Positions 19,765 to 29,523 of a DNA stretch of 64,000 nt are shown here, one piece after another; the stretch's first letter is position 1, and the number at the start of each line of letters is the position of its first letter. The stretch lies in NCBI GenBank assembly GCA_963719035.1, contig CAVRAO010000012.1:1-64000 (forward strand), in the 5' to 3' direction. The notes beneath the pieces were generated by a model. The model made no database searches and was not told where the DNA came from. It saw only the letters and a program-made list of their open reading frames with translations. Origin of the DNA: Methanobacteriota archaeon (lineage in GTDB: Archaea > Halobacteriota > Bog-38 > Methanoflorentales > Methanoflorentaceae). The translations under genes were made by a program, and so were the position numbers.

Positions 19765-20514
19765 TTAGTTGCGCTCGAGCCGTACGCGCCAATCCTGCAC
19801 CCACGCAGCATTAATTCGCTCGAGCCGTTTCTTTTTGAGATTTTCCCTCATTATCCAGCGTATATCCTTGTCTCTATTCGAAAACCACTGTTCCATCATG
19901 GGCATTCCTGCATCGGGATTCGCAGCAACCGCCACACTCCAGCAATATCCCATACTCTTTCTTAAGGCTTTGAAAGCGTCCGTGTTGCGAATTTTCGCAC
20001 CTGAAATCGATGTGGTGATATGATCCAGAATAAGGAGCGTTTCGTTCGCGTGTTCTGTCTGCTTCAGCAGCCTGGGTTCGCATAAAGAAGCAGCAGCGGC
20101 CCGCATCTCAAGGAAGTTGCCTCGACTCCAGCGTTTCATCTCGCTGAGGAGGCGCTCCATATCTGTGTCGCCGAGGCGTTGGAGGCCCATCGCTACACCT
20201 TCGCGCACGCGCCAGCGTGAATCAGAAGCAGCTGCTCGGAGTATTTGCAGGGCGCCGGAATTGCCTTGTGTGAGGAGTCGTCCCATGCCCACAACACCGC
20301 ATAAGGCCAGAAACTCAAGCTGTGAATTGCGCGGGGCCCTCCTCTCAGCAAACGTCAGGAAATGTCTGAACTGAGCTTCAGTCCCTTCGTCAGCAACTAC
20401 GTTGACTAGCTCAAGATTTGCTCGTGGACCTGGCAATCCGGACTCTTTCAGCAGGAAGCTATCCCAATCGGCTAACGTTTGAAGTGTCTTACGATAGTAC
20501 TCGGTCTTGCTCAT
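19765..20514 (-). CDS. HEAT-like repeat (AlkD-like) conserved protein
   Basis: SGLPGPRANLEL, DSRWRVREGVAM and WIMRENLKK motifs. Confidence 0.75.
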   Translation of the reverse strand: MSKTEYYRKTLQTLADWDSFLLKESGLPGPRANLELVNVVADEGTEAQFRHFLTFAERRAPRNSQLEFLALCGVVGMGRLLTQGNSGALQILRAAASDSRWRVREGVAMGLQRLGDTDMERLLSEMKRWSRGNFLEMRAAAASLCEPRLLKQTEHANETLLILDHITTSISGAKIRNTDAFKALRKSMGYCWSVAVAANPDAGMPMMEQWFSNRDKDIRWIMRENLKKKRLERINAAWVQDWRVRLERN

Positions 20515-20717
20515 ATTGCTTTTTTCGTGCAAGAATTGCGGAACACACCTACTAATAGTCGGCGGTAAGACACAAAAAGGGACCCCCGTAGTTGATGACT
20601 AAAGGCGCCTTCCCATAAGGGGTTAAGCGAGACCGGCAAGTTTAAAATGTGTATTGCTGACTGCATGTAGTTCGCAGAACGCAAAGATTACGCAAACCGA
20701 TCTGAGGCGGGCACGGG

Positions 20718-21194
20718 ATGGATGAAAAAAAGAAACTATGCACATCGTGTAAACTGATCCTCCCAAGCGAGTTTACGTACTGTCCAATGTGTGGAGAGCC
20801 AGTTACCGATCGAGCGTCTCCTTCGCATACGCCACCATACGAGCCCCCGCCCCAGGATGAAAATCTAATTTTGTTGGAGCGACTAAGCGGGGCGCTTGGA
20901 GGAAAGAAAGTGATCATCATCGGCGTAGTCGCTCTTGTGCTAATTGTATTAGGCGCGATAGCAGTTATCTCACTTTCTCAAAGTCAAAACTCCCAACCTA
21001 TCGTGATTCCTTCAGAAACCCCGACACCATCTCCAAGCCCCTCTCCCACACCCCCCCCAACACCGACGCCAACGTTATTCCCGACACCTACTCCCACGCC
21101 CTTCCCGACACCGACGCCCACACCCTTCCCGACACCGACGCCCTTCCCCACACCAACCCCTTCCTCGCCCCCCATAACCCGACTTGTCAGTTAG
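20718..21194 (+). CDS. Zinc-ribbon + single TM + Pro/Thr-rich tail protein
   Basis: CTSC...YCPMCG; hydrophobic helix; PT repeats. Confidence 0.75.
   Translation: MDEKKKLCTSCKLILPSEFTYCPMCGEPVTDRASPSHTPPYEPPPQDENLILLERLSGALGGKKVIIIGVVALVLIVLGAIAVISLSQSQNSQPIVIPSETPTPSPSPSPTPPPTPTPTLFPTPTPTPFPTPTPTPFPTPTPFPTPTPSSPPITRLVS
21018..21165 (+). repeat. Coding (PT)n / FPTPTPTP repeats
   Basis: Repeated CC(G/C)AC(A/G) and TTCCCGACACC units. Confidence 0.8.
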
Positions 21195-21344
21195 AAAAAT
21201 AGCAGTACTGATATGAAATCGCTAAAGTCGGTTTGGTCTGGAATAAGAACGGATGAATGGCGGCGAAACGCCCTCAACGCAAACTGGTGCAACTTGACAC
21301 GGCCGCCTGTCTGGAAGAATCTAGGCAGTGACTATAGAGCCCAC

Positions 21345-21716
21345 TCAGGACGAATTGTTTGCAGGCGTAGTAATGGCGGCAACATGATCAATCATCTTTA
21401 GAAAGGTTTCGATGTGTTGACGTCGTTCGAGCGCACCACGTCGAAGGGTTTGTTTTCCTTTTTCAGTGATTTTGTAAACAATCTTTTCGCGGCCGCCTGT
21501 CGGTTCACCTGCCTCGACATCACCAGCCTCTTTCAGTTCGTGTAGTCGTGGATAGACGTTGCCAGCGGTTGCTCGAAAGAGCCCGCTACTGCGATCCTTG
21601 ATGAGGTGAGCTAGCTCGTAGCCGCTCATAGGGCCTTCAGTATGAAGAAAGTACAGGACGAAGAATGAATACACGGTAAGCTTATGTTGCTCAAGCAGCC
21701 CTTGTTCGGTCATCAT
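21345..21716 (-). CDS. PadR family regulator
   Basis: GYEL...I, G.VYP.L..L...G and Y.ITEKG motifs; divergent from the MFS gene. Confidence 0.9.
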   Translation of the reverse strand: MMTEQGLLEQHKLTVYSFFVLYFLHTEGPMSGYELAHLIKDRSSGLFRATAGNVYPRLHELKEAGDVEAGEPTGGREKIVYKITEKGKQTLRRGALERRQHIETFLKMIDHVAAITTPANNSS

Positions 21717-21868
21717 CCAACATGCGTCATTTTTATATATAACAATTACTGTTATGTAAAAAACTGATATGTACTTAGCTGATCTAAAAAGTCGTCATAG
21801 AAGCCTGGCGCAGGGCACTGACGCAACGGGCGGCATGTGTCTTTGGCGTGGTCAATGAGAGAGTAGCA

Positions 21869-23338
21869 ATGAACGAAACAAATACAGTGCTGATTAAGCA
21901 AAACGGAACGAGCTCCATTCTGATTATCTTGAGTCTTATAGCCATTATGGTTATGTTCACCGAATCAATGCTTATCCCAGCATTACCTACCATCCAGGCG
22001 GAGTTTAACACGACTGCCACGTGGACGTCGTGGATACTTTCCATCTACTTAGTCGCAGGAGCAGTTTTTACGCCTATCTTTGGCAAGCTCGGCGATACAT
22101 ATGGAAAAAAGAAGCTCCTAGTCATCTGTATGAGCCTTTATACCTTTGGAGTGGTCGCAACGGGATTTGCTTGGAACATCCAGAGCTTGTTAGTTTTTAG
22201 AGCGTTGCAGGGCTTAGGCATGGGCATGTTTCCGCTTGCTTACGCGCTTATTAGAGATGAGTTCTCTCCGGAAAAGGTAGCGATGGCGACGGGTATCATC
22301 AGCGCGATGTTCGGCGTTGGGACGGCAATTGGCCTCGTTGTCGGCGCGTGGATTAGCGAGAACTTCGGATGGAGGATGACCTATCATACTGTCGTTCCGC
22401 TAGCCATTGGCGTTACACTGCTGGCTATTTACAGGTTGCAAGAATCTCCGATTCGTAACCCGTCTAAGGTTGACGTCATCGGAGCTGCGACCTTCTCGGT
22501 CGCCATCCTCGCGTTCCTCGTCGCGATGACTGAGGGGGAGCGTTGGGGGTGGACTTCGCTCAACACGTTAGGCCTCATCGCGGTATCATTCGTATTCATC
22601 GTGCTCTTTGGCCTCGTTGAGCAGCGCGTGCGCGATCCGATGATAGACCTTGCAGTGCTAAGCAAGCGGAACGTCTTCTTTACGAACATCTCAGCGTTCG
22701 TCGTTGGCCTGGGCATGTTTATGATGTTCCAATCTATCACATACCTCGTACGAACGCCGCCACCCGTTGGCTTCGGCGCGAGCATCTTTGAAGCGGGGCT
22801 CCTCCAAGTTCCTGGTTCAATACTGCTCCTCGTCGCCGGCCCGCTTGCAGGGATTCTTGTCAACAAACGTGGCGCGAAGATGCCGTTAGTGCTAGGCAGT
22901 ATCGTTCTCTCAATAAGTTTCTACTTCTTCTATGCTTTCCACGATACAAAAGCGCAAGTCGTCTTTGGGCTGATAATCATGTCAGTCGGGATGGGGTTCA
23001 TGATGGTGTCGATGATTAACATCATCATACAGTCGGTATCACAGCTGGAGACGGGGATTGCTACTGCTATGAACACAATCTTTAGGACGATTGGCGGCGT
23101 TATAGGCCCCACCATTGCAGGAGTCTTCCTTGCGCGGTATGTTTCGCCGCTCGTCATTCAAACTCCACGCGGCCCGGTTATGGGGCCCCTTATTCCCAAT
23201 GCGACGGCGTTCAACTACATATTTCTGACCGCGCTTGGTGTCTCGCTCGTAGGCGTCTTGGTGACGCTTTTAATCAAAGGAAAGGGAACGGAGATAGAGC
23301 GACAAGGGCTTGTTGAAGAAGGAGCATTAGAGGTCTAA
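21869..23338 (+). CDS. MFS drug:H+ antiporter, DHA2-like
   Basis: GKLGDTYGKKK, RALQGLG and FGWR motifs; about 14 TM helices. Confidence 0.9.
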   Translation: MNETNTVLIKQNGTSSILIILSLIAIMVMFTESMLIPALPTIQAEFNTTATWTSWILSIYLVAGAVFTPIFGKLGDTYGKKKLLVICMSLYTFGVVATGFAWNIQSLLVFRALQGLGMGMFPLAYALIRDEFSPEKVAMATGIISAMFGVGTAIGLVVGAWISENFGWRMTYHTVVPLAIGVTLLAIYRLQESPIRNPSKVDVIGAATFSVAILAFLVAMTEGERWGWTSLNTLGLIAVSFVFIVLFGLVEQRVRDPMIDLAVLSKRNVFFTNISAFVVGLGMFMMFQSITYLVRTPPPVGFGASIFEAGLLQVPGSILLLVAGPLAGILVNKRGAKMPLVLGSIVLSISFYFFYAFHDTKAQVVFGLIIMSVGMGFMMVSMINIIIQSVSQLETGIATAMNTIFRTIGGVIGPTIAGVFLARYVSPLVIQTPRGPVMGPLIPNATAFNYIFLTALGVSLVGVLVTLLIKGKGTEIERQGLVEEGALEV

Positions 23339-23351
23339 TGTGGTGAGCTCA

Positions 23352-23795
23352 ATGGACTACAAACAAATATTGATCGGAACCGATGGGGGGGATCTGATGC
23401 CCCCTGTTTATGACCACGTGGCTTATTTAGCACAACTCGCCGGCGCGACCGTGCACGTCGCTTACGTGCTCGACATCGCAGGGTTTACAGCGTACCCTGT
23501 TGATTCGTCCTGGGAAAACATGTACGACGTGCTTCTCGATGAGGGAAAACAAATCGTGGCGAATGCAAAAAACGACCTAACTTCGCGCAGCGTGAATGAA
23601 GATCGTATTGTCACGGCAGTGCTGGACGGGCATCCAGCTGAAGAACTGGACAAGTACGCGAGCAGTCACGATATCGATCTCGTCGTTATTGGATCGCACG
23701 GGCGGAAAGGGTTGGATCGCCTGCTTATAGGAAGCGTCGCCGATAAGGTGGTACGAGGGGCTAAGGTTCCGGTGTTGATTATCAGGAGCCGGTAA
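23352..23795 (+). CDS. Universal stress protein
   Basis: ILIGTDG and GSHGRKGLDRLLIGSVADKVVR...PVLII motifs. Confidence 0.92.
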   Translation: MDYKQILIGTDGGDLMPPVYDHVAYLAQLAGATVHVAYVLDIAGFTAYPVDSSWENMYDVLLDEGKQIVANAKNDLTSRSVNEDRIVTAVLDGHPAEELDKYASSHDIDLVVIGSHGRKGLDRLLIGSVADKVVRGAKVPVLIIRSR

Positions 23796-24048
23796 AGCGT
23801 TTTTCACGGGTCGGATTCGGGACATAAACGAACTGTGCTTTATAGCCGTTATTCGATATTGTCCCCACTCTTTTACGAGCCGACAATGGAAAGCTTTTTT
23901 TAGTCGAACCTCGGTCGTCTGTCTTTAAGCGGTTCAGATTCCTCAGTCGATACAAGCGAAATAAGAACAGAGAGTCCCGCCTCGTGTTTCGGTTAGGGTC
24001 GACTTCGTTACGTTATTGTTAAGGCCGTGAGGCTGTATTGGTTATGTA

Positions 24049-25746
24049 ATGTATTTCGCTGAGCTTGCTTCCCTGTTCGATGAGCTGAGCGCCTATTCTT
24101 CGAGACTTAAAAAGACTGATATTATAGCTGACTTTTTGACGCGAGCGTCTGAGGATGTTATCGAAATCGTGTGCACCTTTCTAACCGGTCGGATATTCCC
24201 TGCCTGGGATACGCGCGATATCGGCGTGGCCGGGAAAACGCTGGTCAAGGTCATTGCGAACATTAGCGGTAAAAGCAATGAAGAGGTCGTAGAGAGCTAT
24301 CGCGACACGGGACACCTCGGCATTACAGCAGAACGGCTTCTCGGGAAGAAGGTCGCAATGAGCCTTGCGACGTTTGAGGAGGATCTCACAGTCGTTGAGT
24401 TATACCATCAATTCGAGGAAATGGCCGCAACGACGGGAAAAGGGTCAGCGCAGAAGAAACAGCGAATGCTCGCGAGTCTCTTAAGCAGGGCAATGCCGCG
24501 GGAGGCGTATTATGTAGTAAGCCTCGCGATGCGCAACCTCTTGATCGGCTCAAAAGAAGGCGTGACCGAAGATGCCGTTGCCCAGAGCTTCGGCGTTCCG
24601 TCTGACGCGGTACGTCGCGCGTGGATGCTCACCAACGACATCGGCCTCGTCGCGAGAATTGCTAAAACAGAAGGGCTGCCTGGTTTACAAGCGCTCGATA
24701 TCGAACCGATGCGTCCTGTCAGGCCTATGCTCTCACAAAATGTCGCCGATGCGAGTGAAGCGTTAGACGTAATGGGCGGACGAGCAGCGTTTGAGACGAA
24801 ATATGACGGGGCGCGGATTCAGGTTCATAAGGCCGGGTCAGACTTCAAGCTTTTCTCGCGCAAACTGGAGGATCTCACGGAGGCGCTTCCCGAAATTCGC
24901 GTGGCGGTTAAAGAAAGCGTTCACGCTGATTCGGTTATTCTTGACTGCGAGGCTATCGCCGTCGACAAACGCACCGGTGAGGTGATACCGTTTCAATACG
25001 TGTTAAACAGGATCCGGCGTAAGTATAAGGTCAAAGAGCTGAGCCATCAGATCCCTATGCAACTTCGGCCTTTTGATATCCTCTACTTAAACGGCGTCAG
25101 CCTCGTTGACCTTCCCTTTGCAGAGCGACGTGTGCTCCTTGAAAAAACTATAATGCCCCTCGATGGTCGATGTAAGCCTTCTGAATTCAAGATTCTTGAC
25201 GATCCCAAGGCTGTAGCTGAGTTTTTCAGACAATCGATCGATGAAGGACACGAAGGGCTGATGGCGAAAGAGCTTAGCGCTGATTACAGCCCAGGGATAC
25301 GTGGGCGGAAAATGGTGAAGCTCAAGGAAACCCTTGAGAGCCTTGACCTCATCATCATCGCCGCTGAGTATGGCCACGGGAGGAAAGCAGGCTGGATCAC
25401 GTCGTTCGAGCTTGCGGCACGAGACGAGGACAACGAGCAGTGGGTGCCAGTCGGGCGCGTATCGAGCGGCGCCTCAGATGAACAACTTAAAGAGCTGACT
25501 GAAGAGATTAAGCCCCTCATCATCAGCGAGCGCGGGCGTATCGTCGATCTTGAACCGAAGGTCGTGCTCGAAGTCAAATTTAATGAGATCCAGAAGAGCC
25601 AGAACTACGCTTCGGGTTACGCGCTGCGATTTCCTCGTATCATCCGAATACGAGAGGATAAGGGTTCTGAAGATGTTGAAACGCTCGAGCGCGTTGAAGC
25701 GTTATATCGTTTGCAGTTCAAACTCAAAGGAATATCTCAAACTTAA
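24049..25746 (+). CDS. lig: ATP-dependent DNA ligase
   Basis: ETKYDGARIQ (motif I), FDILY, EGLMAK and LRFPR..RIREDK. Confidence 0.96.
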   Translation: MYFAELASLFDELSAYSSRLKKTDIIADFLTRASEDVIEIVCTFLTGRIFPAWDTRDIGVAGKTLVKVIANISGKSNEEVVESYRDTGHLGITAERLLGKKVAMSLATFEEDLTVVELYHQFEEMAATTGKGSAQKKQRMLASLLSRAMPREAYYVVSLAMRNLLIGSKEGVTEDAVAQSFGVPSDAVRRAWMLTNDIGLVARIAKTEGLPGLQALDIEPMRPVRPMLSQNVADASEALDVMGGRAAFETKYDGARIQVHKAGSDFKLFSRKLEDLTEALPEIRVAVKESVHADSVILDCEAIAVDKRTGEVIPFQYVLNRIRRKYKVKELSHQIPMQLRPFDILYLNGVSLVDLPFAERRVLLEKTIMPLDGRCKPSEFKILDDPKAVAEFFRQSIDEGHEGLMAKELSADYSPGIRGRKMVKLKETLESLDLIIIAAEYGHGRKAGWITSFELAARDEDNEQWVPVGRVSSGASDEQLKELTEEIKPLIISERGRIVDLEPKVVLEVKFNEIQKSQNYASGYALRFPRIIRIREDKGSEDVETLERVEALYRLQFKLKGISQT

Positions 25747-25846
25747 CGCTTTTGCTTTCCGTTAATGCTTTTGCCATCTGAATGGCTTAGAAAGCCTTAA
25801 ACGACGAAAGGGTCGATCAGCGATTTAATGTAGGGTTTAGGATGGG

Positions 25847-26152
25847 ATGAATAGGAGATATGACGCGAAAGCGGTAAGGCCGTGCGCTAGCGGCGGACTG
25901 GTCGTCGAGGCGCATTTTGACAAGGGCTTTTCTATGAAAGCGCTCTGCAGGCTTTTGGAGGGCATTGCGCAATGTTCTAAGAAGCTTGGGGTCGCAAGAC
26001 TTCACCACAAGGGACGCACGCTCACGTTATACAGAAGCGGGAGGGTCGATGTGCATCGTGTCGAATCTGAAAATGAAGCAATCCGATTGATCGACGACAT
26101 AAAGCCAATGATCGAGGAAGCATTTATTGACTCACCCACGTCTTCACTCTGA
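25847..26152 (+). CDS. Hypothetical protein with a TBP-like half domain
   Basis: LTLYRSGRV..V.SE.EA..L pattern. Confidence 0.6.
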   Translation: MNRRYDAKAVRPCASGGLVVEAHFDKGFSMKALCRLLEGIAQCSKKLGVARLHHKGRTLTLYRSGRVDVHRVESENEAIRLIDDIKPMIEEAFIDSPTSSL

Positions 26153-26380
26153 CTTTTTGCATACCGTCGTCATTTTTTTATACAGATCTTTACCTGCTGA
26201 CGTGAGTTCGACTTCGCTCCCACTTTTGACAGCGTAGCCCGCCTCAATGAGGTGCTGCAACTCGTTATTGATGAGCTCATCTCGAGCGACGCCATAAGCT
26301 TCGCGATATGCCTTTTTTGCCCCCAAGGACATAAGCCGCCAGAGCAGGTCGTGCGCTGCGATGTTGACGTCGATTTCCAT
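26144..26380 (-). CDS. Small winged-helix protein
   Basis: L..LIEAGY...ELTSAGK pattern. Confidence 0.55.
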   Translation of the reverse strand: MEIDVNIAAHDLLWRLMSLGAKKAYREAYGVARDELINNELQHLIEAGYAVKSGSEVELTSAGKDLYKKMTTVCKKSE

Positions 26381-26485
26381 AGTCAGATTTTTGTGAATTG
26401 AGGAGTATACCTTCACGGCAGCTGATTAATACTATCGCATGTCCAGGTTTCGAGGTGCTTACCTCGCTACCTGAGCAAGAGGGCC

Positions 26486-27433
26486 ATGAACGTGTACACA
26501 ATTAAGCTCATTTCGATCCAAGTCAAGGAGAAGATGGCAGAACGATTTGGTTCCCAGACTCCGTACGAGGTTAAATCAGACGTTTATGGGTGCTGCATCA
26601 AGCTCCTCACCGACAGGCAATCGGTCGCAACGCGGTGGGGCCAGAGCTTCTATTTTATGTCACAAAATATTCGGTCGCACGGGCGTCTTTATGTCGTCAA
26701 CGATCCGGAGGGAGAGAAGAATAAGGTGTGCTATGACCCTCAGTCAAAGACAGCATTCCTGTCAAACTTCGACTACTACGGATGGATCAAGTCGCTTGCG
26801 TTGAGCGTTGCAGGAGACGTTCTTGAAGACGAACACGACATCTACTCCATACACGGCGCATGTCTCGACTATAAAGGGCAAGGGGTGTGTATTATCGGAG
26901 AATCAGGAGCTGGAAAGACGACTCACACCTATGGTCTGTTGAGACACCCGGACGTGCGCGTCGTTTCAGATGACTGGTTCTTCTTGCGGAGTTATGGGCG
27001 AGACATACTAGCCTACAGCTCGGAAAAGAACTTCTACATACGCGCAGATCTCGCTAAGATCTGGAGTGAGTTTAGTTGGCTAGTTGAACATGCGGAGTTT
27101 GATGGCGACGGCCGCGCTGTCGTCGATCTGCGACTAGCAATCGGAAAAGGGCGCATTTTGCCCTTAACGACGCTTACCAAACTAATTATTCTTAAACGCG
27201 ACACAACTGATCTGGAATTCGTTCGAGAGCTCACGGCAGCCCAAGCATTGGCAATGCTTGAACGCAATAACTATTTCAATCCACATTTTCTCGTAAATAC
27301 CCCATTTAAGCGACGGCTTCGCAAGGCGTTTTTTCGCGCGCTTCTTCAAAGAGTCGCAGTGTACATAGTGAATACAACGGACGAACCTGAACAGAGTCAG
27401 AAGCGCATAAGAAAGATTATCGGATTGTCCTAA
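26486..27433 (+). CDS. HPr kinase/PEPCK-like P-loop protein
   Basis: HGACLD, GESGAGKTT and VVSDD motifs. Confidence 0.85.
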   Translation: MNVYTIKLISIQVKEKMAERFGSQTPYEVKSDVYGCCIKLLTDRQSVATRWGQSFYFMSQNIRSHGRLYVVNDPEGEKNKVCYDPQSKTAFLSNFDYYGWIKSLALSVAGDVLEDEHDIYSIHGACLDYKGQGVCIIGESGAGKTTHTYGLLRHPDVRVVSDDWFFLRSYGRDILAYSSEKNFYIRADLAKIWSEFSWLVEHAEFDGDGRAVVDLRLAIGKGRILPLTTLTKLIILKRDTTDLEFVRELTAAQALAMLERNNYFNPHFLVNTPFKRRLRKAFFRALLQRVAVYIVNTTDEPEQSQKRIRKIIGLS

Positions 27434-27727
27434 CTTTTTGTTTTAAACTGAGCACTGCCCCCGCAAAGCATCGCTAAGCGCGAGAAATGCCGTTACAGCC
27501 TGATGATAAAGATCAGCGTTGCGGGAGCAACCGGCAGCGTTACCAGGCTTCATCACTAGCAAAGACGTTTACCATACGAACGGTGACGCGTGACCGGTCG
27601 GTTGGTGAGTATTAACTTTCTTAGAGACTAAACGAGCTTATGCGATCAAGTGGACGGGCAGAATCCTGAAAAAATTGCTCCGATCGTTTTTTTTAACGTT
27701 AGCACGCTCTCAGTTCTTTTAGCGTTT

Positions 27728-27760
27728 CAAAACTTTACCAAAACTTTACCAAAACTGCAC
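27728..27760. repeat. Three tandem 11-bp repeats
   Basis: CAAAACTTTAC CAAAACTTTAC CAAAACTGCAC. Confidence 0.75.
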
Positions 27761-28007
27761 CATTTTTCAATGCGGATTTAAGTTGTCTAAGAATACTTGT
27801 GGCCTAGAGGGTAATCGATATCAAGTATAATCTTAGGTCAAACGAACGTAATTAATTATTTATCCTTTTTTATATTTATCTATATATTTATATAAATAAC
27901 TAAATGAGCTCACCGAGATATGAATTTACGTGCGCTGCAATATGACAGGCGTTCCGGGAAACTTTTCTTTGTCTTAAACCGGCGTACGTGTGCTTTTTTA
28001 AAAAGTA

Positions 28008-28907
28008 TCATTTTATTTCGTATAGACAGGACTGAATATCCTCTCCAAGTTTTCCGATTGCATCTGCCCGGCACCGCTTGCAATGGCGCATCTGTTTTAA
28101 GTATTTCGCACATTCGTCCTGCATTTTACGCTTCATCTCAGTTGTGGGCGGCGTAATATCGGCAAACTTGTATTGTGCAATAAGAGGGATGACGTTGAAT
28201 GTATACACCCCCATTTCGCCTACCTTTTTCGCAATCTCCGGAATATGTTTGTCGTTGACACCCGGAATATAGACCGTATTGATTTTGACGATCATATGCC
28301 GCTTTACCGCCTCTTCAATGCCTTTTAACTGCTGGGAGAGGAGGATTTTTGCGCCTTCGATCCCCGTATAGCGTTTGCCCTCGTAATTAATAAACTGGTA
28401 GATCTTTGCGCCGATCTCCGGGTCAATCGCGTTAAGGGTGACGGTGACATTACCCACATCGTATTTCTCGAGCAGGTCGATCTTTTCGGGGAGCAATAGT
28501 CCATTTGTACTGATGCACTTGATAACGTTGGGGTACTGCTCGTGAAGGCGGCGAAGCGTTTCAAAGGTCCCTTCATTTGCGAGCGGCTCACCCGGCCCGG
28601 CGATCCCTATGACCTTAATATATGCATATTTGTCAAGTGCTTGTTTAACCAGTTCCAGAGCCTCATCAGGATTGAGCACTTTTGTTGTTACGCCGGGGCG
28701 GCTCTCGTTCACACAGTCAAAGTCACGAATACAGTAGTTGCACTGGATATTGCAGTTGGGTGCTACCGGAACATGACACCGCCCGAATGTGTGGCACGCT
28801 TTTTCGTCAAAGCAGGGGTGTTCCTTGATCTTGCGCATCTGAGTCGGGTCCCACTGAACTTTACTACCTGCGACATCGGCAATTCTTATTTCATCTGACA
28901 TAGTCAA
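28008..28907 (-). CDS. nifB: FeMo-cofactor biosynthesis radical SAM protein (SAM domain only)
   Basis: HPC, CNIQCNYC, ESRPG, AGPGEP and CKRCRADA motifs. Confidence 0.93.
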   Translation of the reverse strand: MTMSDEIRIADVAGSKVQWDPTQMRKIKEHPCFDEKACHTFGRCHVPVAPNCNIQCNYCIRDFDCVNESRPGVTTKVLNPDEALELVKQALDKYAYIKVIGIAGPGEPLANEGTFETLRRLHEQYPNVIKCISTNGLLLPEKIDLLEKYDVGNVTVTLNAIDPEIGAKIYQFINYEGKRYTGIEGAKILLSQQLKGIEEAVKRHMIVKINTVYIPGVNDKHIPEIAKKVGEMGVYTFNVIPLIAQYKFADITPPTTEMKRKMQDECAKYLKQMRHCKRCRADAIGKLGEDIQSCLYEIK

Positions 28908-29523
28908 CAGTACTATGTATCGTTGTGAATGTATAAATAAAGTTCAATTGTGACAGAGTGATCGACTTCACCCCTAACCTTTGTGTTCCCATTTGTTTGA
29001 AAGGTTGTCCAGTTTCATTATAGAAAAAAAAGGGATGGCTACGAGGGCGATGAACCCAGCTCCAGATACGTATGCACCAATCTCAATCCTTTATCGCGCA
29101 AGTCCTGTTGTAGCGTCATCTTCCGCACAAAAAATCGTTTTCGTATGATGAAAGACGTTGGAGACAGGATAGAAATGAAGGCCGTTCCGGTTCTCTCCCC
29201 AATAATAGAGACTCTCTTTCTCATCAGCGTCTTCGCCGGGCTCTCGCCGTCTTCGTAGCGAACGATCCGATGTAGCTCCACTACAACGCTAAGCACGCTA
29301 ACGCTGAAGGAACATCTCGGCAGGGGTCAGACCGGGCAATCAATCGCGGTGGACCGTCTCGATGGGACATCTACGACGCAGAGACTGTCTCTCCAATCTA
29401 AGCCTATGGTACGATTTACAAAGGGAGTTTATGTGCTTATGATAACCATTTCTCGCCTTCAATGCGACCGCCGACTCACAGCAAAGGTCATAAACAAGGC
29501 GATTAAAAAGGTGCAGATACATT

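Noticed and set aside
27621-27634. Group I intron R-element-like TTAGAGACTAAACG
   Set aside because: No matching S element or P7 partner, and no interrupted host gene
29039-29296. 85-aa minus-strand ORF upstream of nifB
   Set aside because: No recognisable motif or RBS, so I cannot support it
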